DNA from: a virus
Taxonomy: Duplodnaviria; Caudoviricetes
IMG/VR virus record: IMGVR_UViG_3300030095_000953
Span: 1-26,020 of that record
Length of the DNA stretch: 26,020 bases
Strand: one strand, 5' to 3'
Shown here: positions 7,613-16,586 of the stretch, in pieces
How positions within the stretch are numbered: position 1 is the first letter of the stretch
Layout of the letters: each line of letters begins with the position of its first letter
The notes under the pieces: generated by a model
Database searches by the model: none
Seen by the model: the letters and a program-made list of their open reading frames with translations, nothing else
Told to the model about the DNA's origin: nothing
Translations under genes and position numbers: made by a program

Positions 7613-9463
7613 ATGTTACGTAGCCAAGGAATAGATGCAAATATTGACCGTACTATGGATGCCTTTCGTGGTAAAGAGGGGCAACTTAACCAACGTTACA
7701 ACATGTCAAAAAATCTTATTGATCTTCTCGCGTTGCAAAAATTAAAAACCGAACAAGATTCTAAAGCCCGTGAAATACAATTAAGTATGGATCAAAGTTC
7801 TGCGTCAGTTAAGCAGCAAATGGAAGGCGAGATGCTGGAACGTAGTAGGCAAGAAGTAGTTAAACAAACTTCAGGGTTACTAGGTCAAGCACAAAAGAAA
7901 AAACAACAGAACATGCAAAGACAAGGACAACAACCTCCTGTAGGTATTGAAGGCATGATGATGGCTGCTGGTGGCCCTGTTAAAAAGTTTAATGTAGGCG
8001 GTATTACTCAAGCAGATATAGATGCGTACAGGCAAAAACTGCGTGGTCGTAAACAGCGAGGCCCAACGCGTACTTTAACTGATGCTCAGATCATAGAAAT
8101 GATAAAAAGAGATCAAAATAGAGCACAAATGAGTATGCCTATGAGCAAAAGGCAACCAACACCACTTGCAAAAATAGGTCAAACTGGTGGCCCTCAACAA
8201 ATTCCAACTAAGAAACTTCAAGCTCAAACTCAAGCTCAAACTCCTCCTGCTGGTGTTGTTCCGGGTCAAACTGCTGGCCCTTCTGTTCCTAAAGGCCCGT
8301 CTAGCGGGTATATGCCTGACCCACTTGGCCAATTTGAAAAAGAAAAAGAAGAATTAAATGTTCCTCCTGCTGTTGTACCCCCTAGTGGTGGTGATGGTAG
8401 CGTTACCCAGAAAACGCCCCCTGTATCTGGTGCAGATGCATTAAGAGGAAGAATATCAGAAATTGAAAAGGGTCGACCTACAGATACTGGGTATACCCCA
8501 GATACAGAACTAGAGACAAGAATAAAAGAACTAGCAAGAAAAGATCCTGATGATGCCTATGAGGCTTCTATTGCTAGGGGTAAAGCACTTGGGTTAGATC
8601 CTGAGACAGTTACTGGCAAATTTGATGCTTTAGCTAAAAGAAGAAAAGAAGAAACTGGGGGTATTCAAGGCCAATTAGAAACCCTTTACGGTGATCCCAA
8701 ACGTAATAAACGTGAACAGTATATGGCTATGTTGGCTGGTGGTGCAGGTGGTGGTCGGTCTTTAGCTGATTTTGGTAGAGGTATGTACACGGGGCTTTAT
8801 GGAACTAGAGATAAACAACGTGAAAATACCAGAGCTAATCTATTAAAAGGTTCGGAACTTTTAGATAAAGAATTAGCACTTTCAAGTGATGGTATAAAAC
8901 AAGGCGTATCTGCTGGCCAAAGTCTGTTCCAGAAAGCTACAGATGCATCCAACTCAATAAACACTTTAATTGGTAATGCAACTCAAGCATGGTCTACATT
9001 AGATGCAACTCAACAACGAAATTTCCAAGAAAATGCAAGGATTGTAACTAGTTCCATAGATAAACAAGTAGCAAATGAATTAGCAATAGAAGCTAACGAG
9101 ATTAGTAAATTGAATATTCAGTCTCGTGATGATGCAACTGCGGTTAATGCTGCTACTGAAATAATTAGAAGAACTAGGATATTACGTGACAAAGCGAAAA
9201 AAGCGGCTGAAGCTAAGTTTGAGTCAATGCCACAATACGCTGAGTACGCAGTATTAAAAGCAAAACCAGATAGAAGCCCAGAAGAAGAAGAGCGACTTAA
9301 ACAATTTGAAAGTCAACTTGATTTGATAATTACTAGCGAACTTGCTAAACCAGAGTACGGCAACATACCTGAGTTAGAATCTCAAGCTCAATTCGTGTTA
9401 GAGAATAGATTTCCGGGGGTTGTTTCTGGTAGAGATGTAGGTAGTGCTACTAGAGTTAAGTAA
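7613..9463 (+). CDS. Probable internal virion/ejection protein (616 aa)
   Basis: AAGGGA upstream; helical N-terminus, AAGG/NVGG motifs, Pro/Gln/Gly low-complexity linker, Gly-rich segment MAMLAGGAGGG, coiled-coil-like C-terminus. Confidence 0.65.
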   Translation: MLRSQGIDANIDRTMDAFRGKEGQLNQRYNMSKNLIDLLALQKLKTEQDSKAREIQLSMDQSSASVKQQMEGEMLERSRQEVVKQTSGLLGQAQKKKQQNMQRQGQQPPVGIEGMMMAAGGPVKKFNVGGITQADIDAYRQKLRGRKQRGPTRTLTDAQIIEMIKRDQNRAQMSMPMSKRQPTPLAKIGQTGGPQQIPTKKLQAQTQAQTPPAGVVPGQTAGPSVPKGPSSGYMPDPLGQFEKEKEELNVPPAVVPPSGGDGSVTQKTPPVSGADALRGRISEIEKGRPTDTGYTPDTELETRIKELARKDPDDAYEASIARGKALGLDPETVTGKFDALAKRRKEETGGIQGQLETLYGDPKRNKREQYMAMLAGGAGGGRSLADFGRGMYTGLYGTRDKQRENTRANLLKGSELLDKELALSSDGIKQGVSAGQSLFQKATDASNSINTLIGNATQAWSTLDATQQRNFQENARIVTSSIDKQVANELAIEANEISKLNIQSRDDATAVNAATEIIRRTRILRDKAKKAAEAKFESMPQYAEYAVLKAKPDRSPEEEERLKQFESQLDLIITSELAKPEYGNIPELESQAQFVLENRFPGVVSGRDVGSATRVK

Positions 9464-12400
9464 TGGCTCAATTTAATGTTCAACTAAAAGACGGTAGCGA
9501 ATACTTAGTTGATGCACCAGAAGATGCTACTTATGATGATCTTGCTCGTTTAATTAGCGAAAACCAACGTGGTACACCTGCCTCACCTACCTCATCTACA
9601 TCTTCTTTAGATAGGATACGCGCAGAACGCGAACGAGAAAAAGAATTAACCGCAAGATTAGCAGAGTTTCGTGGTTCCAGAGAGGAAGAAGACGAAGGCA
9701 TACTGGGTAACCTTATAGAAGGGTTTGGGGCTGGCTTTGTTGGGATGGGTGAGTCGGCTGCTCTTGGCGCGGCTACCCTACTTGAAGAAGAAGATGAACT
9801 TGCTGCCCGTGAAACCATACAAAAATTTGCGGATTCTATTACTGATGATGAAGGCGACGAAGACTCTATATCTTATGGATTAGGTCAGGCTCTCGGTTCG
9901 ATTGCTGGTATTGCTGCTCCTGCTGCTCTTGTAGGTGCCGGTGTTGCCGCGTCCCCATTTGCTGGTGCTGCTACTGTTGCAGGTACTGGGATAGCTGGTT
10001 TACTAGGTGTAGGTGCCGGTGCAGGTGAAGCAAGTGAACGTGCTCGCGCTGCTGATGCTACTGAAGAAGAACGTGGGTCAGCATCTTTTCGTGGCGCACT
10101 TATTGGCTTAACTGAAATATTACCTATCGCACGTTTCGTTAAGTATGTAGATGTGCCGATAGTTAGTAACCTTGTAGATAAACTTGGCCCCGATGTTGTT
10201 GAAGGCATAGGCGGCAGATTACGTAATATGGCAGTAACAGGTGGTGCGGAAGGACTACAGGAAGCCACTGCTGAAATACTCCAGAACATAAACGAACAAC
10301 AATACAATGTATTAGCTGAAACCTTTGAAGGTATTGGGCCAGCGGCAGGTTACGGTGGTGGTGCTGGTGCCATTATACAGGGGCTAATTGATGTATTTGT
10401 CCCCGGTAAAAGCCGTAAAGAAACTGGTGACCCTAATGATACAACTGTTGGGGAAGCTCTTACAGACCAAATGGATGTTGGAGAAGAACAACGTTTGCAG
10501 CAAGAAGCTAGTGAACGTTTGGGCGACCCCCAACAAGATATGTTTGCCCTTGAAAAAGAACAGTTACTTGAACGAGGGTTTGAAGAACCTGTAGCAGAAG
10601 AAGTAACTGAAGAAGTAGCACAAGAGACAAGCCCCGCCCAAATGGATCTCGTTGATGAGGTTGAATTCCAAGAGTTAGTAGAGGAAGAAGCAGCCGCAGA
10701 GCGAGCAGCCGTAGAACAAGCAGCCGTAGAACAAGAAGAAGCAGATGCACAAGCACAGACTATCCGTGCGGAATCTGAGTTAGAAAGCATTACTGCAAGA
10801 GGAGTAGGTAGGCAACAAGCAGAATCAGAAACTAGGCGTGGTGAAATACTACGTGATGTAATAGAAAAAACACCTACCAGACAACAAAATACATTACTTA
10901 AACAATTTACCAATGCATTAGAAGCTGAAGGTATAACTGATACACAGCCTACAGAAGCAGAATTTTCTACCATCCAACGAGCCATAGACTTTCAAAGGGC
11001 GGAACGTGTAGAACCAGAAATGCTTCCATCCGACTCAGATGTTACTGAAATGGAAGCTGCTGTTGCTCCAAAAGAAAGAACTGAGATAAAAGAACAACCT
11101 TCTTTTCCCGGCATGGGACGCGCAGGACTCACTGCTACTCCAACTGTAGACGAAGATGTAGAAGTTGCCCAAGAACCTACACCTGTAACTTCTGAGGTTA
11201 TGGACGGCCTTGGCATATCAAAAAATGCACTTATACGTAAAAGAATAGAAGGTAAAGACTTAAACGATCCTGTAGTACGTGATGACTTAACAACATTTGC
11301 TAGAAAATCTAAATCTCAGGGCGTTAAACAAAACGTAGACCGTTTGTTGTCAGGTGTGCCTGATGAACAGCTATCTCTAATACCTTCTAAGCAAGAAACC
11401 AAACGGCTAAAAGAAACGGAAGCTGTAACAGAAGTTGCTCCTGATGTAACGGAAGCTGTAACAGAAGTTGCTCCTGATGTAACGGAGGCCACAACAGAAG
11501 TTGCTCCTGATGTAACGGAGGCCACAACAGCAACCCTTACCGAAGCTCCTCGTAATCGGATGCAACGTAAGCTTGCAGAAGTAGGTGAAACAACCCCACC
11601 TGAACAAGTCGCTAAGAAAAAGACTACAGCTAAACGTGTTACCACAAAGAAAACTACTGAAACTAAACAACGCACTAGGAACATTACTGCTAAACCTAAA
11701 AAGTTAACGGCTGAACAACAGGCTGAAGCGACACTTCAACTAATGCAGAAGTATAAAGATGTTGAAGGGATGAAGGTCGCAGAAGACCAAAACATAATAC
11801 AGTTAAGGGACGATGGGTATTTCGATCCCAAGTATTTAGGTTTTGAAACAGTACAAGACGGTGGCTTCAGGATTACTTTCTTGATGGACGGTATACCTAG
11901 TGATGCCACAGGGACAAGCCCCCTTACTCAAGAAGATACGACCAAGATAGATACAATAAAAAATACAGAGAAAGTAACTAAAAATTCTCTAATGGAGAGT
12001 TTGCAGGGGTTCTTTGGTTCTCGTACCAACCCTAAAGTCGAGCCGTTGAGTGCGTTGTATTGGGCCATATTTGAAGACGTGTTTCATGCTCGTAAGTACA
12101 CAGAAGGTAAGAAGAAAGGGAAGTTTGTATACCCACAGCAGTTCAATTCAACAGGTGAATCTGAGGCAACCAAGAAGTTTTTTAAAGCCACAGGACGGAA
12201 ACGAGCAGGGGAAGTATTGGCATGGGCCGATGAAAACATGTCTCCCAAGACCAAACAATGGATGGAGAACGTAAGACGCGAACTTCAAGCAGAGGAAGCT
12301 AAAACCCAACTATCTCTTATTGCTTCAGATAAAGATGATTTACGTAGACAGAAAGCAAGTGAACAAGATAAGAGCATAGCAGCGGCAGAGAAAACCCCAA

Positions 12401-15400
12401 AAACAGAACGTACTGATCGCAGCAATGAAAAACTAAGACAAGACTTATCTAACTTTAACACCATAAGAAAAACACAAGTTGGGGTAGTTAAAGATGTCTC
12501 CCCAACCGACTATATAATAGGTAAGACGTACAGTGGTGAGGCATTGCCATTACCTAGCGCAATAGTTAGTGCATTAAGTGAACGATTTCATCCTGTTACG
12601 ATGGCGTTGGTTGCAGACGGTAATCTTAAAGAAGCCTTGGAGTCCATAAGTAATACCTCCAGTAATCAAAAAGTAAGGGGTATTGCTAGAAAATTAAGTG
12701 AGTTTGTGGGCAGCACCAAGATACAGATTGCTCCTAACTTAGACATGGCAGGGCAATTTGACCCTAAGACTAATACGATATACATAAACCCAGCATCGGG
12801 AACCAATACACACGTAGTATTCCATGAGGTCACTCACGCATTAACTTCAGAAACTTTAGCTAACGAGAATAACCCGTTAACCAAACGACTTAATAAACTA
12901 TTTAACGAAGTTAAAGACAGTCTGGATACTGCATATGGGGCGACTACATTAGACGAGTTTGCCGCAGAAGCATTTAGCAACCCCGATTTCCAAAAGAAGT
13001 TAGCCAAAATACTGTTAGAGGATGGTAGAACAGCTACAGGTACTAATGCACTTACCCGATTTTTTAACATCGTAGCAAGATTTCTTAACAACAAACTAGG
13101 TTTAAATTTTAAAACATATGATGACGCGTTAACAGAATCTAACAAAATCATATTAGAAATACTTTCACCTGCACCTGATTCAAGAGATGCAGGAATATTG
13201 GCTATGGACAACACTGTGCCTCGCATAAAGAGTCTTATGGGTAGAGTAGATGAGGTTCAAAAAGGTATACGTGAAGAACTTACTAGCCAAGATAAAGAAG
13301 AATTCAAAGCTTTAGCAAAAGATTTCCTTAGTGGGAAGATGGCAGATAATGCTAAAACCTTTTTCTTGTCGGTGTTACCTTCTCAGGCATTAGCAGATGT
13401 AGCTTCTGGTATGGGTATAACAGGTATGCAAGACCTTCACGTTGCGATGGAAACACAGCGGGGGGATCTTAGTAAAGTAGATGCTCGTATGGATGCTCAT
13501 TTAGCGCAGATAAAAAGTTGGTATAAAGGTAAATCAGAAGCCACAAAGAAACTTTTTGCTGATGTTGTTTATACAAGCACAATAGACCAAGTTGACCCAT
13601 CCAGACCAAAAAGTTTTTACATAAGAGCAGAAGAAATAGCCCTTGACCAAGAAGCTAAACGTATCCAAAACAGTGTATTTAAGAAGACGAAACAGGAAAT
13701 TAGTCTGAAAGAAGCTAGGAAACAAATACCTCAAGAAAAATTAGACGAAATAAAAACGCAAGCGGATTTAGACGACGCAGAAAAACTAACTAAATGGGAT
13801 GAATTAAATAGTAAATATAAAAAGTTAGACCAAAATGGACAATACACTTATAAATTTATGCGGAACATCTACAAAAAGAAATGGGAAGAAATGCATGATG
13901 TAATAAAAGGAAGGATTGACGCGTTACCTTTAGATGAAGAAGGTAAAGCAAAATTAAAAAATGAAGTGTTTGAACAGTTATTCGCTCAAGGTGATATTGA
14001 TCCATTCTTCCCATTAACTCGTTCAGGCGATTACTGGTTGTCTTACCAAGTAGAGGGGAGTGGTGAAACCGTTGTAGAAACTTTTGAGTCTGTTACTACC
14101 CGTAGACATGCGATTGAACTACTTAAAAAAGAAGGGATAGTAATAGAAAAAACTATTCAATCATTTAGAAACCCCGAACAGTTTTCCTACGATATGGCTC
14201 CTTCTGGTTCTTTTGTAGGTCAAACATTAAGAATAATTGACAGCCACGCCACCGCAGGATTAAGCCCAGAAAAAGCTGCCGAAATAAAAAATGAGATAAC
14301 ACGTTTGTTTTTAACCGCGCTTCCTGAGTCTTCATTTGCTAAATCATTAAAAGCTCGTAAAGGGACTCCCGGTTATATAGAAGATCCTGTGGACGCAATG
14401 GAGAAAAAAGGCTACGACATAGCCAGACAGATTGAGCGTATGAAGAATACAGAAGCTATTAACTCTTTGATGGAGAAGATAGAAGAAGACAACAAAGCAA
14501 CTCCCGAAGGAAGATCTGATAATGGGCTGCTTATTTTAGCTGAAATTAAGAAGCGAGCCGATTTTGCCCGTAACCCACCTAAAGATGTTGTCGCACAAAA
14601 TTTAAACCGAGCCGCATTTATTTACACTATTGGGTTTAATGCATCTTCGGCACTGGTTAACCTGTCACAGATACCTTTGTTCGTTCTTCCTATGTTTGGT
14701 GCTAAGTATGGATATACGGAAACTATAGCCGCAATAAAAGAAGCGGGGCGTTTTGGGATATCCAGTGGTACCACAAGTAAAGGATCGTTCGATGTTGCTT
14801 TTGGGGAAGGTAAAGACAGAAAGACAGGCATAGTAAGAGATAAATCAATGCCCGCGATTGATAACTATTATGAATGGAAAAACGGTGACTTTGTTGTACG
14901 TGAAGATTTAGAGTTATCAAAAGAGTTACGTAAGGAAGTAGATAATCTACTACCTCTAGTTAAGATGGCTACTGAAAGAGGGCAACTAAACCGTTCCCTT
15001 ATAGCCGATAGTTTAAACATTGACGTATCTGGAAGAACAAGAAGTCTTGCGGATAGAATAAGTGCGGTATCTGCATATATGTTTCACCAAGCAGAACAAA
15101 TAAACCGCCAAACTACGTTAATTGCTGCATATAAATTAGAAATGCAACAGATAAACGAAAAAGCAAAAGACGGCAAAAACCCTGAAAGTAAGATGACTAC
15201 AGCGGAGAAGCAACAGTTGGCTTCCACTAATGCATTATACGCAACCCAAGAAACAAACGGTGGTGCTGTATTAGAAACAGGCCCAAGACTTTCTCAAAAT
15301 GGTTGGTTACGTGTAGCCATGATGTACAAGAACTTCGGGTTACAAATGTACTACTCTATGCTGAAGTCTGCGAAGATCGCTTTAGATGCTGACTTTTCTC

Positions 15401-16260
15401 CAGAAGAACGGAAGATCGCACGTAAACAGCTATACGGTGTGCATGGTACGGCATTGTTTTTTGCGGGAGTGAGTGGCGTACCTCTTTATGGTGCGGTAAG
15501 TATGCTTGCCGACATGTTGTTCTTAGACGAGGAAGAAGAAGATTTTGATACGATAGTACGACAATATATAGGTGAAGAGTGGTACAAGGGAGGACTTACT
15601 TCTATGTTAGACATAGACGTATCACAACGTGTAGCTCTCACTAACTTGCTTTGGACTGCTAATAGATACAACAACGATGCATCTCCAGAAGAAAGTTTAG
15701 CGCACTATCTAGGTGGCCCTGCTTGGGGCGTAATTAAATCTTTTGATCGAGCACATAATGATTTTATGAATGGGGAACTTGAACGAGGTATAGAGAGTAT
15801 GGTGCCTTCTGCTGTAAGAAATGCATGGAAAGGAGGAGTACGTTACATACGTGATGATGGCATATTAACCAGACGTGGAGACCCAATACTAGAAGAGTTT
15901 GGTGCTGGTGATGTGTTACCACAAATACTAGGTTTCCCACCCGCTGAATACACACGAACACAAGAGTTCAACCAAATTAAAAAACGTATTGATACTGAAG
16001 TAAACAGGAAGAAATCCAGCCTAACGAAAAAATTATATGTGATGTACAGGTTGGGGGATTGGGACGGGGCTAACGAAATACTAAAAGAAATTCAAAAGTT
16101 CAATAAGAGACATCCAAGTAACGCTATACTTGGGGACACTATAAAACGGTCTATTGCAGGTCACATACGGACGACGGCGGATATGCATGGTGGTGTAACT
16201 ATTAGTAAAAACATGCGAGGGCCGTTAGCAGAGATTAAACCCACATACGTCTACGATTAA
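9463..16260 (+). CDS. Very large internal virion/ejection protein (2265 aa), polyvalent-type with zincin metallopeptidase-like site and PLxRFG-like motif
   Basis: TAATG-coupled. Gly/Ala hydrophobic region near the N-terminus; acidic repeats; GQFDPKTNTIYI...HEVTH...DEFAAE zincin pattern; FFPLTRSGDYW motif; long helical C-terminal region; last and largest gene of the virion block. Confidence 0.75.
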   Translation: MAQFNVQLKDGSEYLVDAPEDATYDDLARLISENQRGTPASPTSSTSSLDRIRAEREREKELTARLAEFRGSREEEDEGILGNLIEGFGAGFVGMGESAALGAATLLEEEDELAARETIQKFADSITDDEGDEDSISYGLGQALGSIAGIAAPAALVGAGVAASPFAGAATVAGTGIAGLLGVGAGAGEASERARAADATEEERGSASFRGALIGLTEILPIARFVKYVDVPIVSNLVDKLGPDVVEGIGGRLRNMAVTGGAEGLQEATAEILQNINEQQYNVLAETFEGIGPAAGYGGGAGAIIQGLIDVFVPGKSRKETGDPNDTTVGEALTDQMDVGEEQRLQQEASERLGDPQQDMFALEKEQLLERGFEEPVAEEVTEEVAQETSPAQMDLVDEVEFQELVEEEAAAERAAVEQAAVEQEEADAQAQTIRAESELESITARGVGRQQAESETRRGEILRDVIEKTPTRQQNTLLKQFTNALEAEGITDTQPTEAEFSTIQRAIDFQRAERVEPEMLPSDSDVTEMEAAVAPKERTEIKEQPSFPGMGRAGLTATPTVDEDVEVAQEPTPVTSEVMDGLGISKNALIRKRIEGKDLNDPVVRDDLTTFARKSKSQGVKQNVDRLLSGVPDEQLSLIPSKQETKRLKETEAVTEVAPDVTEAVTEVAPDVTEATTEVAPDVTEATTATLTEAPRNRMQRKLAEVGETTPPEQVAKKKTTAKRVTTKKTTETKQRTRNITAKPKKLTAEQQAEATLQLMQKYKDVEGMKVAEDQNIIQLRDDGYFDPKYLGFETVQDGGFRITFLMDGIPSDATGTSPLTQEDTTKIDTIKNTEKVTKNSLMESLQGFFGSRTNPKVEPLSALYWAIFEDVFHARKYTEGKKKGKFVYPQQFNSTGESEATKKFFKATGRKRAGEVLAWADENMSPKTKQWMENVRRELQAEEAKTQLSLIASDKDDLRRQKASEQDKSIAAAEKTPKTERTDRSNEKLRQDLSNFNTIRKTQVGVVKDVSPTDYIIGKTYSGEALPLPSAIVSALSERFHPVTMALVADGNLKEALESISNTSSNQKVRGIARKLSEFVGSTKIQIAPNLDMAGQFDPKTNTIYINPASGTNTHVVFHEVTHALTSETLANENNPLTKRLNKLFNEVKDSLDTAYGATTLDEFAAEAFSNPDFQKKLAKILLEDGRTATGTNALTRFFNIVARFLNNKLGLNFKTYDDALTESNKIILEILSPAPDSRDAGILAMDNTVPRIKSLMGRVDEVQKGIREELTSQDKEEFKALAKDFLSGKMADNAKTFFLSVLPSQALADVASGMGITGMQDLHVAMETQRGDLSKVDARMDAHLAQIKSWYKGKSEATKKLFADVVYTSTIDQVDPSRPKSFYIRAEEIALDQEAKRIQNSVFKKTKQEISLKEARKQIPQEKLDEIKTQADLDDAEKLTKWDELNSKYKKLDQNGQYTYKFMRNIYKKKWEEMHDVIKGRIDALPLDEEGKAKLKNEVFEQLFAQGDIDPFFPLTRSGDYWLSYQVEGSGETVVETFESVTTRRHAIELLKKEGIVIEKTIQSFRNPEQFSYDMAPSGSFVGQTLRIIDSHATAGLSPEKAAEIKNEITRLFLTALPESSFAKSLKARKGTPGYIEDPVDAMEKKGYDIARQIERMKNTEAINSLMEKIEEDNKATPEGRSDNGLLILAEIKKRADFARNPPKDVVAQNLNRAAFIYTIGFNASSALVNLSQIPLFVLPMFGAKYGYTETIAAIKEAGRFGISSGTTSKGSFDVAFGEGKDRKTGIVRDKSMPAIDNYYEWKNGDFVVREDLELSKELRKEVDNLLPLVKMATERGQLNRSLIADSLNIDVSGRTRSLADRISAVSAYMFHQAEQINRQTTLIAAYKLEMQQINEKAKDGKNPESKMTTAEKQQLASTNALYATQETNGGAVLETGPRLSQNGWLRVAMMYKNFGLQMYYSMLKSAKIALDADFSPEERKIARKQLYGVHGTALFFAGVSGVPLYGAVSMLADMLFLDEEEEDFDTIVRQYIGEEWYKGGLTSMLDIDVSQRVALTNLLWTANRYNNDASPEESLAHYLGGPAWGVIKSFDRAHNDFMNGELERGIESMVPSAVRNAWKGGVRYIRDDGILTRRGDPILEEFGAGDVLPQILGFPPAEYTRTQEFNQIKKRIDTEVNRKKSSLTKKLYVMYRLGDWDGANEILKEIQKFNKRHPSNAILGDTIKRSIAGHIRTTADMHGGVTISKNMRGPLAEIKPTYVYD
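10705..10734 (+). repeat. 15-bp tandem duplication GCAGCCGTAGAACAA x2 (AAVEQ)2
   Basis: Read directly; in frame. Confidence 0.85.
11416..11530 (+). repeat. 33-bp tandem repeat, 3 full copies plus 16 nt, encoding TEA(V/T)TEVAPDV
   Basis: Units start at 11416, 11449, 11482 and 11515; copies 1-2 read ACGGAAGCTGTA, copies 3-4 read ACGGAGGCCACA. Confidence 0.95.
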
Positions 16261-16292
16261 AAAACCCCCTGCCGCTTTGGGCAAACAGGGGG
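16259..16292 (-). terminator. Intrinsic terminator for the leftward replication transcript
   Basis: The minus strand reads CCCCCTG-N14-CAGGGGG-TTTTTT (7-bp GC-rich stem then U6), between convergent genes. The + strand has no U-tract after the stem. Confidence 0.75.
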
Positions 16293-16308
16293 TAAAGGGG
16301 GTGTGACC

Positions 16309-16340
16309 GACAGTTAGGGATTCTGCATTAGCAGACTGTC
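16309..16340. promoter_or_regulatory. Intergenic bulged hairpin (GACAG / TCTGC-ATTA-GCAGA / CTGTC)
   Basis: Two nested 5-bp inverted repeats with an 8-nt bulge TTAGGGAT; function unknown. Confidence 0.4.
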
Positions 16341-16352
16341 TGTACTATCTTA

Positions 16353-16586
16353 TCATATAGTACGCCACACCCGTAAACCTAATTTTTCGTCTTCTATACG
16401 GACTTTTATTTCTACTTCCCAGTTTTTATCCAAGACTATTTTCTTAACCTGACGTGTTGCCTCCTGTGTATTAATACATGGGACAAAAATAGATGAGTTA
16501 ATCACCATCTCATCCCAACATACTTCTATACGTACCCCATCAGGACTAAGGTCAAACGTCCTCAACACTCCCTGCTGCATTCTCAT
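16353..16586 (-). CDS. Small phage protein (77 aa) ending GLRVWRT, possibly nucleic-acid binding
   Basis: Follows the primase gene with a 35-nt overlap; W..M....S.F.P...G.RVWR pattern recurs in small phage proteins. The start may instead be the ATG at 16580. Confidence 0.65.
   Translation of the reverse strand: MRMQQGVLRTFDLSPDGVRIEVCWDEMVINSSIFVPCINTQEATRQVKKIVLDKNWEVEIKVRIEDEKLGLRVWRTI

Noticed and set aside
9531-11684. Series of long antisense ORFs in one frame (also at 1166-1438, 2623-4772, 6079-8332 and 11407-15961)
   Set aside because: Mostly Ser-rich mirror translations produced by sense-strand codon bias; no RBS or motifs.
16261-16352. tRNA or other structured RNA gene in the convergent gap
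   Set aside because: No cloverleaf or T-loop motif; the hairpins are better explained as a terminator and a cis element.
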